Source: Faecousia sp.
GTDB lineage: Bacteria; Bacillota; Clostridia; Oscillospirales; Oscillospiraceae
Assembly (NCBI GenBank): GCA_051867275.1
Contig: JBJDYK010000127.1
Span: 3,495 to 67,494, forward strand
Reading direction: 5' to 3'
DNA length: 64,000 bases
The position numbers and the translations under genes were made by a program. This document shows, in pieces, positions 9,424 to 18,595 of the stretch (positions are counted from its first letter, which is position 1; each line of letters opens with the position of its first letter). A model generated the notes under the pieces. That model did no database searches, had not been told where the DNA came from, and saw only the letters and a program-made list of their open reading frames with translations.

Positions 9424-10692
9424 ATGAGTGAATGCAAAGAATTGATGGCCTTTCTGGATGCCAGTCCCAGCTGCTTCCACGCCATTGCCAACCTGGAAAA
9501 CCGGCTCCGGGGAGCGGGCTTCCTGCCTCTGGCGGAGTGTGATTCCTGGAATCTGCAGCCCGGTGGGAAATACTATGTGACCCGCAACGGCTCCGCCCTC
9601 ATTGCCTTCCGGCTGCCGGAGGGGACGCCCAGTGGCTTCATGATGGCGGCCAGCCATTCCGACCGGCCTACCTTCAAAATCAAGGAGAACCCGGAGTTGG
9701 AGACGGCAGGGGTCTATGTGCGCCTGGCGGTGGAGCGCTACGGCGGTATGCTCATGGCTCCCTGGATGGACCGGCCTCTGTCTATTGCCGGTCGTGTCCT
9801 GGTGGAGACGGACAAGGGCGTGGAGACCCGCCTGGTGAATCTGGACCGGGATCTGTGCATGATTCCCAACGTGGCCATTCATATGAACCGGAAAGCCAAT
9901 GACGGCTATACCTACAACCCCGCCGTGGATATGATTCCGCTGGCAGGTTCCCTGGAGAGCAAGGGTGCCTTCCAGGCCATGGTGGCGGAGGCTGCCGGCT
10001 GCGGGCCGGAGGCCATTCTGGGCAGCGACCTGTACCTGTACAACCGGGACCGGGCAAGGATCTGGGGCGCCAAGGACGAATACCTGTCCGCTCAGGCCCT
10101 GGACGACCTGCAGTGTGCCTGGGCTACCACCGAGGCTATGATCGCGGCGAAGCCCGGTAAGAATGTCCAGGTCTGCTGCGTGTTTGACAATGAGGAGGTG
10201 GGCTCCGGTACCCAGCAGGGCGCGGACTCCAACTTCCTGCGCATCACCCTCCGGCGTATCTGCCAGGCTCTGGGTATGGATTATGCCCGGAGTTTGGCCC
10301 GTAGCTTCCTGGTGTCGGCGGACAACGCCCACGCGGTCCATCCCAACCACCCGGAGTATGCCGACCCGGGCAATAAGCCGGTGATCAACGGCGGCGTGGT
10401 CATTAAGTTTAACGCCAACCAGCGCTACACCACCGACGGCGTATCCGCTGCCATCTTCCGCAAGGCCTGCCGGAAGGCCGGTGTGCCCACCCAGACCTAC
10501 TGCAACCGGGCGGACCTCCCCGGCGGCTCCACCCTGGGCAACATCTCCACCTCCCAGGTCAGTCTGTCCACCGTGGATGTGGGCCTGCCCCAGCTTGCCA
10601 TGCACTCCTGCTACGAGACCGCAGGCGTCAAGGATGCGGCGTATCTTACACAAGCCGTGGCAACGCTGTACGAGATGGAGCTGCCCCTATAA
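9424..10692 (+). CDS. apeB: M18 family (aspartyl) aminopeptidase
   Basis: SHSDRP, VERYGG, DNEEVGS, SADNAHAVHPN, QLAMHS. Confidence 0.9.
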   Translation: MSECKELMAFLDASPSCFHAIANLENRLRGAGFLPLAECDSWNLQPGGKYYVTRNGSALIAFRLPEGTPSGFMMAASHSDRPTFKIKENPELETAGVYVRLAVERYGGMLMAPWMDRPLSIAGRVLVETDKGVETRLVNLDRDLCMIPNVAIHMNRKANDGYTYNPAVDMIPLAGSLESKGAFQAMVAEAAGCGPEAILGSDLYLYNRDRARIWGAKDEYLSAQALDDLQCAWATTEAMIAAKPGKNVQVCCVFDNEEVGSGTQQGADSNFLRITLRRICQALGMDYARSLARSFLVSADNAHAVHPNHPEYADPGNKPVINGGVVIKFNANQRYTTDGVSAAIFRKACRKAGVPTQTYCNRADLPGGSTLGNISTSQVSLSTVDVGLPQLAMHSCYETAGVKDAAYLTQAVATLYEMELPL

Positions 10693-10720
10693 ATCTGAAA
10701 ACCGAATCCAAATTCTTCCC

Positions 10721-10758
10721 CTCCTGGAGGCGGCTGCGGCCGCCTCCAGGAGTTTTTT
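10721..10758 (+). terminator. Rho-independent terminator
   Basis: CTCCTGGAGGCGGC-TGCG-GCCGCCTCCAGGAG-TTTTTT. Confidence 0.9.
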
Positions 10759-10872
10759 GGGGACGGTTTTCAGGAAGTGTCCGCTATATGACACATACCG
10801 GTCTCTATACAGTGGACTTTCCGCATCCATTTACCGCTTACTTCGGCAAGAGAAAAGCTTTTCAATATTTAC

Positions 10873-10902
10873 TTGACACTTTGGCCTACTTGCGTATATA
10901 AT
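10873..10902 (+). promoter_or_regulatory. Sigma-A promoter of regulator 1
   Basis: TTGACA-N18-TATAAT. Confidence 0.7.
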
Positions 10903-10966
10903 TAAACAAATAAAATAAAAGGAAAGCGCATGGCCGGTGCTTGCCGCGTTACAGGAGGAAGCAGTT

Positions 10967-12094
10967 ATGGAACTGATTTTGGATCCCCAGCCCTTTTTGC
11001 TCTATGAGACCGTTTCGATGCTCTATTCGTATGTGAACGACATTTCCATTTTGGACGCTCGTGACAGAATCAGCCGGGCTCACCGGGGGTGCTATGATGA
11101 CACCTGGTTTCGGAAGCTGGGGCGGCTTCAGGAAATCCTGGAGGATTGCTGCAAAGACCTGGATGCGGAAAACGAGACGGTTCAGCACTTCTTCCGGCAG
11201 ATGAGTACCGGACTCAGCAGCGATTATACCTATTTGGCGGCTATCATTACCATATCCTTTATGCGGTTGGAAAAGCATGACCTGGACGGGGAAATCCGGA
11301 CGCTGAAGGACAACTGGAAGCGGCTGCAGGAGGAGGGGTACAAGCTGTCCGAGCTTGGGGCAGGTGGACTGAATGTTTTACCGCTTGAGCCGGGGGAGCA
11401 GCATCAGCAGCTAAGCAGGCAGGTCTATGAACTGAAGTATCCCGCGGAGCTGCGGCTGGAGATCCTCAACGCCCTGATGGACTACGACGCGGAGCTGGAC
11501 CGGCTGGCGGAGCTGCTGCGGCCCTATGCCCAGCGGCTGGAGGCCCATCTACAAGCGGAGCCCTGGCTTATGGACTCCACTGTGGCGTACTGGAAAAGGC
11601 AGTTTGAGGCGACCACGCCGGATGAGTTTTTCCGCAGCAGGAGTCTGGTTGACCTGAAGATTCCTGCGCTGAACGAAAACAGAATCTGTTTTCTTCTGAT
11701 GAACTGCTCTCAAATTTACATTTCTTATGGGGTGAGTGCCCCTGACAGCGGGCTATTTTGCTTCGGGTGCGCCACCTTGGCGGAGAGCTTTCTGCACCAT
11801 GGCAATGAAAATGTGGATTGGATCCTTTCCGCTCTGCGCTCCCTCTGCGACAAGAACAGATTTGAGCTGATTCGGCGACTGTCCAGAGAGCAGAACTACT
11901 GCCAGAAGCTGGCCGAGGAGCTGGGCTGCCATCCCGGGAATGTTTCCAGGAACCTTACCACCCTTTGGAAGGAGGGCTTCCTGATCCGCAAGGAGGGAGA
12001 AAATCGCGTCTATTATGAAACGGATACGGATCGGATTGAATCCTTCCTGCAGCAGGTTCGGCTTCTGCTGACCGGAAAGTTCTCCAGCGACTGA
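10967..12094 (+). CDS. Transcriptional regulator with C-terminal ArsR-like winged HTH (regulator 1)
   Basis: C-term ALRSLCDKNRFELIRRL...LAEELGCHPGNVSRNLTTL...RVYY; paralog of 54836-55936; RBS AGGAGG. Confidence 0.82.
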   Translation: MELILDPQPFLLYETVSMLYSYVNDISILDARDRISRAHRGCYDDTWFRKLGRLQEILEDCCKDLDAENETVQHFFRQMSTGLSSDYTYLAAIITISFMRLEKHDLDGEIRTLKDNWKRLQEEGYKLSELGAGGLNVLPLEPGEQHQQLSRQVYELKYPAELRLEILNALMDYDAELDRLAELLRPYAQRLEAHLQAEPWLMDSTVAYWKRQFEATTPDEFFRSRSLVDLKIPALNENRICFLLMNCSQIYISYGVSAPDSGLFCFGCATLAESFLHHGNENVDWILSALRSLCDKNRFELIRRLSREQNYCQKLAEELGCHPGNVSRNLTTLWKEGFLIRKEGENRVYYETDTDRIESFLQQVRLLLTGKFSSD

Positions 12095-12163
12095 TATTTT
12101 TCTATACCGCCGCATGAGAATGCGGCGGTGTTAATTTAACTGGAAAAATTGATAAAATTCTGC

Positions 12164-12192
12164 TTGACAAATAGGTGCCTCCCGTATATAAT
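12164..12192 (+). promoter_or_regulatory. Consensus sigma-A promoter of S8 protease 1
   Basis: TTGACA-N17-TATAAT. Confidence 0.85.
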
Positions 12193-12368
12193 TGCAAGTA
12201 TAGGCAATGTGCATTATATATGTGCACAATGTAAGGAATGCCAAATTCCAGCTTGAGTTTCCGCACCCTATTGGGGAAAACGACGATTCTCCCGGGCAAA
12301 GGAAAGCCCCCTGTCTTGTGAATTACCCGCGAAGGCGGTGGATTCAAATATAAAAATGGAGGCAAGTT

Positions 12369-15300
12369 ATGAAAGCGTACAAAAGCAAGCAGTTCCTTTC
12401 GATGATCCTGGCTCTGGCCATGATCGTCACCTGTCTGATTACGCCCGGCATGGCGGCCCCGGCAGCGGAGAATTCTGCCGAGTCCGGTCCTGTCAGGACA
12501 GTCAGCGACACTGCCGGCGACGTGTCCTACGTCGAAGGCGATATTTTGGGAGACCTAAACAAAGAAGTCACCATTATGGTTCGCCTGGAGGGCGAGACGG
12601 CTTATCAGAAGACCGGCGATTTGCAGATCGCTGCCGCGTCTTCCGACAGCCAACTGGCCGCTCTGGCCCGGGCTGAGAGCCGCATTGAGGCCTGCCTGAA
12701 CGAATCCATTGACATCGAAAACACCTACAGCCTTCTGTTCAACGGCTTCAGCTTTACGGGCGAGGCCTGGATGATCGATAAGATCAATGAGCTGAACGGC
12801 GTGTATGCTTTCGAGTCTCCCATGCTGGAGCTGATCGAGCCCACCGTTTCCGAGGAAACCGCTCTTACCCCCAGCATGGGCACCAGCACCGGCCTGACCG
12901 GGGCGACCAATGCCTGGGAGCTGGGCTATACCGGTGAGGGCATGGTTGTGGCCGTTATCGACAGCGGCATTCTTACCACCCACGAGGCCTTCTCCGTGCT
13001 GCCCGAAAACGGAAAAATCGATTTGGATTATCTTAGCGACGTCTATACCGAATACGGCGATAAGATGCATGGCGGCAGCCTGAGTCAGGTCGAGGAGATC
13101 TACAAAAGCGCCAAGCTGCCCTTCACCTGGGACTACTTCGATCACGATGCCGATCCCAACCATACCAAATCCGACCATGGCACCCATGTGGCAGGTATCG
13201 CCGCCGGCAACAACGGCAGCGATTTCAAGGGTGTGGCGCCCGATGCCCAGATTGTCGTCATGCAGGTTTTCATGAACACCGGCGGCGCTTCCTTCGCAAC
13301 CTTGATTTGCGCTCTGGAGGACTGTGTCTACCTGGGCGTGGACGCCATCAATATGTCCCTGGGCATGACTGCCGGCCATACCGCCTATGAGTCCATCATG
13401 CCGGAGCTGGAGGGAGTCTACGATGCCCTGGAGAACGCGGGTATTTCCGTAGCGTCTGCCGCGGGTAATGACGGCCATGTCAACAGATGGACAAACTACG
13501 GCGACTATTTCTACAATCAGTATCGCTGGCTGGCCCTGAACCCCGATGTGGGTACCGTAGGAGCCCCCGGCACCTTCCTTGGCTCCTTCTGCGTTGCTTC
13601 TGTGCAGAACACCAGCGCGGAGGGCGGATGCTATCTGGATGCTTACGGCAAAGAGCTCTTCCCCTCTTCCGTCGCCGGTGTGCCCACCCTGGGCGAACTC
13701 CAGGGCGGTGAGTACGACATCGTCTATGTAGGCTTGGGCTACCCCGAGGATATCGAAGCCGCGGGCGGCGTGGAGGGCAAGATTGCGCTGGCCAAGAGAG
13801 GCACGATTCCCTTCACCACCAAGTGCCAGAACGCCGCTGACGCTGGGGCTGTTGGTATTATCATCTTCAACAACGTCCCGGGCGCCGCCGCTTTTGCCGC
13901 CGCCAGCACCATCCCCTTTGGCGCATTGTCTGGGGATGATGGAGAGAACCTGATTGCGAACTTTGCCGACGGTGTACACGGCAAGGTAACCGTGGTCAAC
14001 AAGTTTGTTTATGGTACTGTGGCCATGGCCAGCACCTCCTCCTGGGGCACCACCGCCGATCTGCGGATTACCCCGGAGATCGCCGCGCCCGGCGACAACA
14101 TCACCTCCTGCATCGGCTTTGGTGATGACACCTCCTACGCCACCTGGAGCGGCACCTCCATGGCGACTCCTCATATTTCCGGCGGCCTTCTCCTGATTAA
14201 GGAGCGTCTGCGTGAGGAGTTCCCCAATGCCAGTGCCTCTGAGATCAACGATCTGGCCTATGCCTTTATGTCGAGTACCGCCCATCAGGTGCAGGGCTTT
14301 GTCCGCCAGCAGGGCGCCGGCCTTATGGATCTGGGCTCTGCTCTGACCACCGACGCCTACCTCACCGTTCCCGGTGCCAATAGATCCAAGCTGGAGCTGG
14401 ACGACAGCGAAGACGGCAGCTTCACCTTCTCCTTTGAGGTGAACAACATCGGCGATACCGAGAAAACCTATACCATCGTTCCTTCTGTTCTTACGGAATC
14501 GGTTGCCGATTTTGCCTACAACGGCGGCGTTATGAACGACCGGGAGTATAACCTGGAAACCGGTTATTATGTTGCCAACCCCGAGATGGTCATTGTGAAG
14601 ACCCTCAACGGCACCGTGAAGGATGTGACGAACTTCTGTGATATCACGGCTCCCGAGACCGTCACGGTTCCCGCCGGTGAGACTGTGGTGGTCAACATGA
14701 CCATCCAGTGCAACGACGAGCTGATGGCGTACTTCGAGGAGAACTGCCCCGTCGGCATGTACCTGGAAGGCTTCATCAAGCTGAAGGATCAGGCGGAGGA
14801 CGGCGTGAACCTGTCCATTCCGTTCCTGGGCTTTGTTGGCGACTGGGATTACGCTCCCATGTTCGATCAGGGCTTCTGGTGGCAGATCCCCTACGGTGAA
14901 AACAACCTGTCCCAGTTCACCGCGACACAGGGCACCTACATTGGCTACGGCATTCTGGAGCAGGGCCTGGGCCTGAACCCCTACGCCGAGATGGCCGACC
15001 AGACCTATCTGGCGGACCGGAACGCCATTTCTCCCAACGGTGACGACTTCCTGGATTCCGTCAACTATGTGGAGTTCAGCCTTATGCGTAACCCCAGGAA
15101 TGTGAAGCTGTATGTGCAGGACGCGGAGGGCAATGTGCTTCAGACCTTCTACGACTCGACCTACAACTTCCGGAAGGATTACTACTCCGGCGGCGCGATT
15201 AACGCCTATACAACCTACTCCAGTCTGGACTTTGACTTCACTGCCGATACGCTGGCAGAGAACGAGACCGCCTACATTGTGCTGGAAGCCAGCCTGGATC

Positions 15301-18134
15301 ACGACGAGTTTACCTTTGAGGACAACATGAACGGTCGCATGGTGTTCCCCGTCACCAAGGACCTGACCGCTCCCGCCGTGAAGGTGGTGGACGGCGGCAT
15401 TGAAATCATTGACGCCAACTACACCGCTTACTACGCCATCTACGCCGACGAGGCCCGGACGGAGCTGCTGTACGAGACCGGCGTCTTTGCCGATGCCCGG
15501 GGCGTGGCGGAGACCTATGAAACCGACCTGAAGACCCTCTATGTGGCCACTGCCGACTACGCCCGCAACGAAGCCTTCTACAAGGTGGAGGACGGCCTGG
15601 TCTATGAGCTGAGCGAGGATGCCTTCGGTCACAACGGCAAGACCGTGGTTGCCCGGCAGTTCATCAACTATGATGAAGGTTTCTGCCAGTACGGTTGGAC
15701 GAAGTTCAATACCGAAACTGCCGTTACTGTGGAGGCCAACGACCTTACCTATGAGCAGAACGAGTACGCCCAGGCTTCCGGCGATATTGACTACGTGAGT
15801 GCCGCCGTTGCCGTTGACGGAACGATCTATCTAAATACCTTTAGATGCCTGTTTACCCTGGATCCCGAGACCTATGAGGTCACCAAGGTTGCGGACCTCT
15901 CCTGCAATGATCTGTCTTGGTATCAGGTCAAGGATCTCATGGTAAATCCGGAAACCGGTGAGATGTACGCATATGTCAGTGGCAGCTTCGGCCGTCCCTA
16001 CATCTGCAAGCTGAATACGGAGACCGGTGAGCTGACTCTGATGTGGCAGGTCACGGATATCCCCGGCGCGAATCAGCTTTCCTTCTGCGCCTGGTCTGCC
16101 TGTTTCATTGACGGAAGCACTGTGGCGGTTTACGGTCACTTCGGTGATGTAGGCTTCTACGACCTGGAGACCGGCGAGGGCCTGTATTACATCAACCTGA
16201 AGCTGAAGGATCCCCAATGGGGATTCACCCAGGTCGGTATCTACGGCTATGGCGGTTCTATGCTGTACGACGATGAGTCCAACTGCATCTACATGTTCTC
16301 CAACTGGGGATGGCTCAGACATGACCGTATGAACGAACAGGGTATGGTTGTCCTGGATCTGGATACCAATACCGTCACCCTCCGGAGCATCGGCAGAGGC
16401 GGTCAGACCATGCATGGTCTGTACTTTGAGGAGGACGCAAAGCCCGCCGATTACTACACCGTCATGTTGCTCATTGATGCCATCGGCGAAGTGACCCGGG
16501 ACAGCGGCGATGCGATTAAAGCCGCCAGAGAGGCCTACGACGCGCTGCCTGAGGCGTCCAAGGCCAAGGTTGAGAACTATCAGGTTCTGCTGGACGCCGA
16601 AGCGGCGTATCTTCCCATGAAGCTTGAGGCTGACAAGGAAGCCGCCGAGAAGGCAGCCAAGGCCGCCGAGGAAGCCCAGAAGGCCGCCGAGGAGGCCCAG
16701 AAGAAGGCTGAGGAAGCTCAGAAGGCCGCCGAGGAAGCCCAGAAGGCTGCCGAGGAAGCCGCCGCTTCCGCCGCTGAGGACAAGGAAGCCGCCGAAAAGG
16801 CCGCCGAACAGGCCGAGGCCGCCCAGGCCAAGGCTGAGGAAGCCAAGGCTGCTGCCGAGGCTGCTAAGACTGCCGCTGAGGCTGCTGCCGAGGCTGCCAA
16901 GAATTCCGAACTGAAGGCCGCCGAAGAGGCCGCTAAGGCTGCCGAGGAAGCTGCCAAGGCTGCCACCAAGGCAACTGAGGCTGCCCAGTCCGCTGAAGCC
17001 GCTGCCAATGCTGCCAAGGAAGCCCAGGCCGCCCAGGCCAATGCCGAGGCCGCCCAGAAGAAGGCCGAGGAGGCCAAGAAGGCTGCCGAGGATGCTGCCA
17101 AGCTGGCCGGTGAAAACAGCGACGAAGCCAAGAAGGCTGCCGAGGAAGCCAAGGCCGCTGAGGAAGCCGCCAAGGCCGCCGAGGATGCTGCCGAGAACGC
17201 CAAGTCTGCCGCTGAGACTGCCGCCAAGGCTGCGGAAGAATCCAACCTGGCTGCCGCCAAGGCTGCCGCCGAGGCTGCCCAGTATGCCGCCGAAGTGGCC
17301 AAGATGTACGATGAGATCTGCGCCATGAAGCTGGAAATGGCCGAGTACCTGCTGGAGGCCCAGAAGGTTCGCCTGGACTGCTCCAAGTACTACGCGCTGA
17401 TGCAGCTCTCCGGCTATGCCGACAAGAACGACTACGCCGAGGCCCAGCAGGCTGAGCTGGCTGCTGCCATCGAAGCCGGTACCAAGGCCATCAACGAGGC
17501 CGAGTCCATCGAGGCCGTTGACAAGGCTCTGGCCGATGCCATGGCCGCCATCGACGCCATCAAGACCCTGGCCGATCTGGAAGCCGAGAAGCCGCCCTTC
17601 GTGGATGTGGCGGAGGATGCCTGGTACTATGACGCCGTGAAGTTTGCCTACAATGAGAAGCTCTTCAAGGGCGCAACGGATACCACCTTCAATCCCAATG
17701 GCACCATGACCCGTGCCATGCTGGTGACGGTTCTGTACCGTCTGGCAGGCTCGCCCGAGGTCACCGGAACCACCGCCTTCACCGACCTGAAGGCTGGCGA
17801 GTACTACTGCGACGCAGTGCTGTGGGCTGTGCAGAACGGCATCACGGAAGGTGTGGACGAGACCCACTTTGCTCCCAACAAGGCTGTCACCCGGGAGCAG
17901 ATGGTGACCTTCCTGTACCGCTACGCCAAGCTGGCCGGCATGGACGTGACCGCCAAGGCTGATCTCTCCACCTACGCTGACGCTGACAAGGTTGGCACCT
18001 ATGCCGCCGATGCCATGGCCTGGGCCGTGGCCAACGAGCTGATCAATGGTGTGGGCAACAACACCCTGGCTCCCAAGTCCACCGCCACCCGGGCTCAGGT
18101 TGCCGCCGTGCTTATGAGATATCTGGCTGAGTAA
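12369..18134 (+). CDS. Cell-surface S8 (C5a peptidase/lactocepin-like) serine protease with PA domain, Ala/Glu/Lys stalk and 3 SLH domains
   Basis: Signal peptide; triad VAVIDSG / DHGTHVAG / GTSMATP; PA domain GKIALAKRG; C-terminal SLH (FVDV, TRAMLVTVL, TREQM, TRAQ). Confidence 0.92.
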   Translation: MKAYKSKQFLSMILALAMIVTCLITPGMAAPAAENSAESGPVRTVSDTAGDVSYVEGDILGDLNKEVTIMVRLEGETAYQKTGDLQIAAASSDSQLAALARAESRIEACLNESIDIENTYSLLFNGFSFTGEAWMIDKINELNGVYAFESPMLELIEPTVSEETALTPSMGTSTGLTGATNAWELGYTGEGMVVAVIDSGILTTHEAFSVLPENGKIDLDYLSDVYTEYGDKMHGGSLSQVEEIYKSAKLPFTWDYFDHDADPNHTKSDHGTHVAGIAAGNNGSDFKGVAPDAQIVVMQVFMNTGGASFATLICALEDCVYLGVDAINMSLGMTAGHTAYESIMPELEGVYDALENAGISVASAAGNDGHVNRWTNYGDYFYNQYRWLALNPDVGTVGAPGTFLGSFCVASVQNTSAEGGCYLDAYGKELFPSSVAGVPTLGELQGGEYDIVYVGLGYPEDIEAAGGVEGKIALAKRGTIPFTTKCQNAADAGAVGIIIFNNVPGAAAFAAASTIPFGALSGDDGENLIANFADGVHGKVTVVNKFVYGTVAMASTSSWGTTADLRITPEIAAPGDNITSCIGFGDDTSYATWSGTSMATPHISGGLLLIKERLREEFPNASASEINDLAYAFMSSTAHQVQGFVRQQGAGLMDLGSALTTDAYLTVPGANRSKLELDDSEDGSFTFSFEVNNIGDTEKTYTIVPSVLTESVADFAYNGGVMNDREYNLETGYYVANPEMVIVKTLNGTVKDVTNFCDITAPETVTVPAGETVVVNMTIQCNDELMAYFEENCPVGMYLEGFIKLKDQAEDGVNLSIPFLGFVGDWDYAPMFDQGFWWQIPYGENNLSQFTATQGTYIGYGILEQGLGLNPYAEMADQTYLADRNAISPNGDDFLDSVNYVEFSLMRNPRNVKLYVQDAEGNVLQTFYDSTYNFRKDYYSGGAINAYTTYSSLDFDFTADTLAENETAYIVLEASLDHDEFTFEDNMNGRMVFPVTKDLTAPAVKVVDGGIEIIDANYTAYYAIYADEARTELLYETGVFADARGVAETYETDLKTLYVATADYARNEAFYKVEDGLVYELSEDAFGHNGKTVVARQFINYDEGFCQYGWTKFNTETAVTVEANDLTYEQNEYAQASGDIDYVSAAVAVDGTIYLNTFRCLFTLDPETYEVTKVADLSCNDLSWYQVKDLMVNPETGEMYAYVSGSFGRPYICKLNTETGELTLMWQVTDIPGANQLSFCAWSACFIDGSTVAVYGHFGDVGFYDLETGEGLYYINLKLKDPQWGFTQVGIYGYGGSMLYDDESNCIYMFSNWGWLRHDRMNEQGMVVLDLDTNTVTLRSIGRGGQTMHGLYFEEDAKPADYYTVMLLIDAIGEVTRDSGDAIKAAREAYDALPEASKAKVENYQVLLDAEAAYLPMKLEADKEAAEKAAKAAEEAQKAAEEAQKKAEEAQKAAEEAQKAAEEAAASAAEDKEAAEKAAEQAEAAQAKAEEAKAAAEAAKTAAEAAAEAAKNSELKAAEEAAKAAEEAAKAATKATEAAQSAEAAANAAKEAQAAQANAEAAQKKAEEAKKAAEDAAKLAGENSDEAKKAAEEAKAAEEAAKAAEDAAENAKSAAETAAKAAEESNLAAAKAAAEAAQYAAEVAKMYDEICAMKLEMAEYLLEAQKVRLDCSKYYALMQLSGYADKNDYAEAQQAELAAAIEAGTKAINEAESIEAVDKALADAMAAIDAIKTLADLEAEKPPFVDVAEDAWYYDAVKFAYNEKLFKGATDTTFNPNGTMTRAMLVTVLYRLAGSPEVTGTTAFTDLKAGEYYCDAVLWAVQNGITEGVDETHFAPNKAVTREQMVTFLYRYAKLAGMDVTAKADLSTYADADKVGTYAADAMAWAVANELINGVGNNTLAPKSTATRAQVAAVLMRYLAE
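16620..17303 (+). repeat. Low-complexity (AEEAQKA)n-type coding repeat, predicted long helix
   Basis: Degenerate tandem GCCGCCGAGGAAGCCCAGAAG units encoding an A/E/K-rich tract. Confidence 0.85.
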
Positions 18135-18188
18135 AATCCCGTATCAGCACTCGTTTCTCTTTGTTCTTCCATTATCTCTCCTCGCACC

Positions 18189-18220
18189 GGGCCTGCGGAA
18201 GTTCCTTCCGCAGGCCCCTT
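18189..18220 (+). terminator. Hairpin after S8 protease 1
   Basis: GGGCCTGCGGAAG-TTC-CTTCCGCAGGCCC. Confidence 0.6.
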
Positions 18221-18322
18221 CCATATGCTTCCTTTGGGAATCACATACCCGACAGAAAGAGCCTGCCGCAAAACGAGGACTTTGCAGCAGGCTCATGAAT
18301 ACTGTATGCGATTTGCGGTGGT

Positions 18323-18595
18323 TTACTCGGCTATGTGCGCCTCCAGCCAGGCTTTCATATCTTCCCGGCCCTGGGGAGTCAGGGGGAATACCTCTTTGCC
18401 CTCCATGGTGCTTTTCTCATAGCACAGTGGGCCGTGCCAGAACTCCGCCACGATGGAGCTTTCCTCCATGTTGACCTCCTTGGGGGTCAACATGACGATC
18501 TGAGGGGCTGCCCGAAAGCGGAACAGACCTTGGGAGCCGGTGAAGATGTTATTCATGGCAAAGGTATGCAGCGTGGGGATGAAAAGCTCGGCCAT
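18323..18595 (-). CDS. Hypothetical protein (90 aa), coupled to pepF
   Basis: Start overlaps pepF stop (TAATG); host-like codon usage. Confidence 0.7.
   Translation of the reverse strand: MAELFIPTLHTFAMNNIFTGSQGLFRFRAAPQIVMLTPKEVNMEESSIVAEFWHGPLCYEKSTMEGKEVFPLTPQGREDMKAWLEAHIAE

Noticed and set aside
7471-10653. Very long antisense ORFs (also 12555-15632, 34029-35720, 57353-59644, 60035-63391 and others)
   Set aside because: Shadows of GC3-biased genes on the opposite strand; no motifs or RBS
16718-17386. Ser/Ala-rich and Arg/Pro-rich ORFs over the protease 1 repeat
   Set aside because: Alternative-frame translations of the A/E/K repeat
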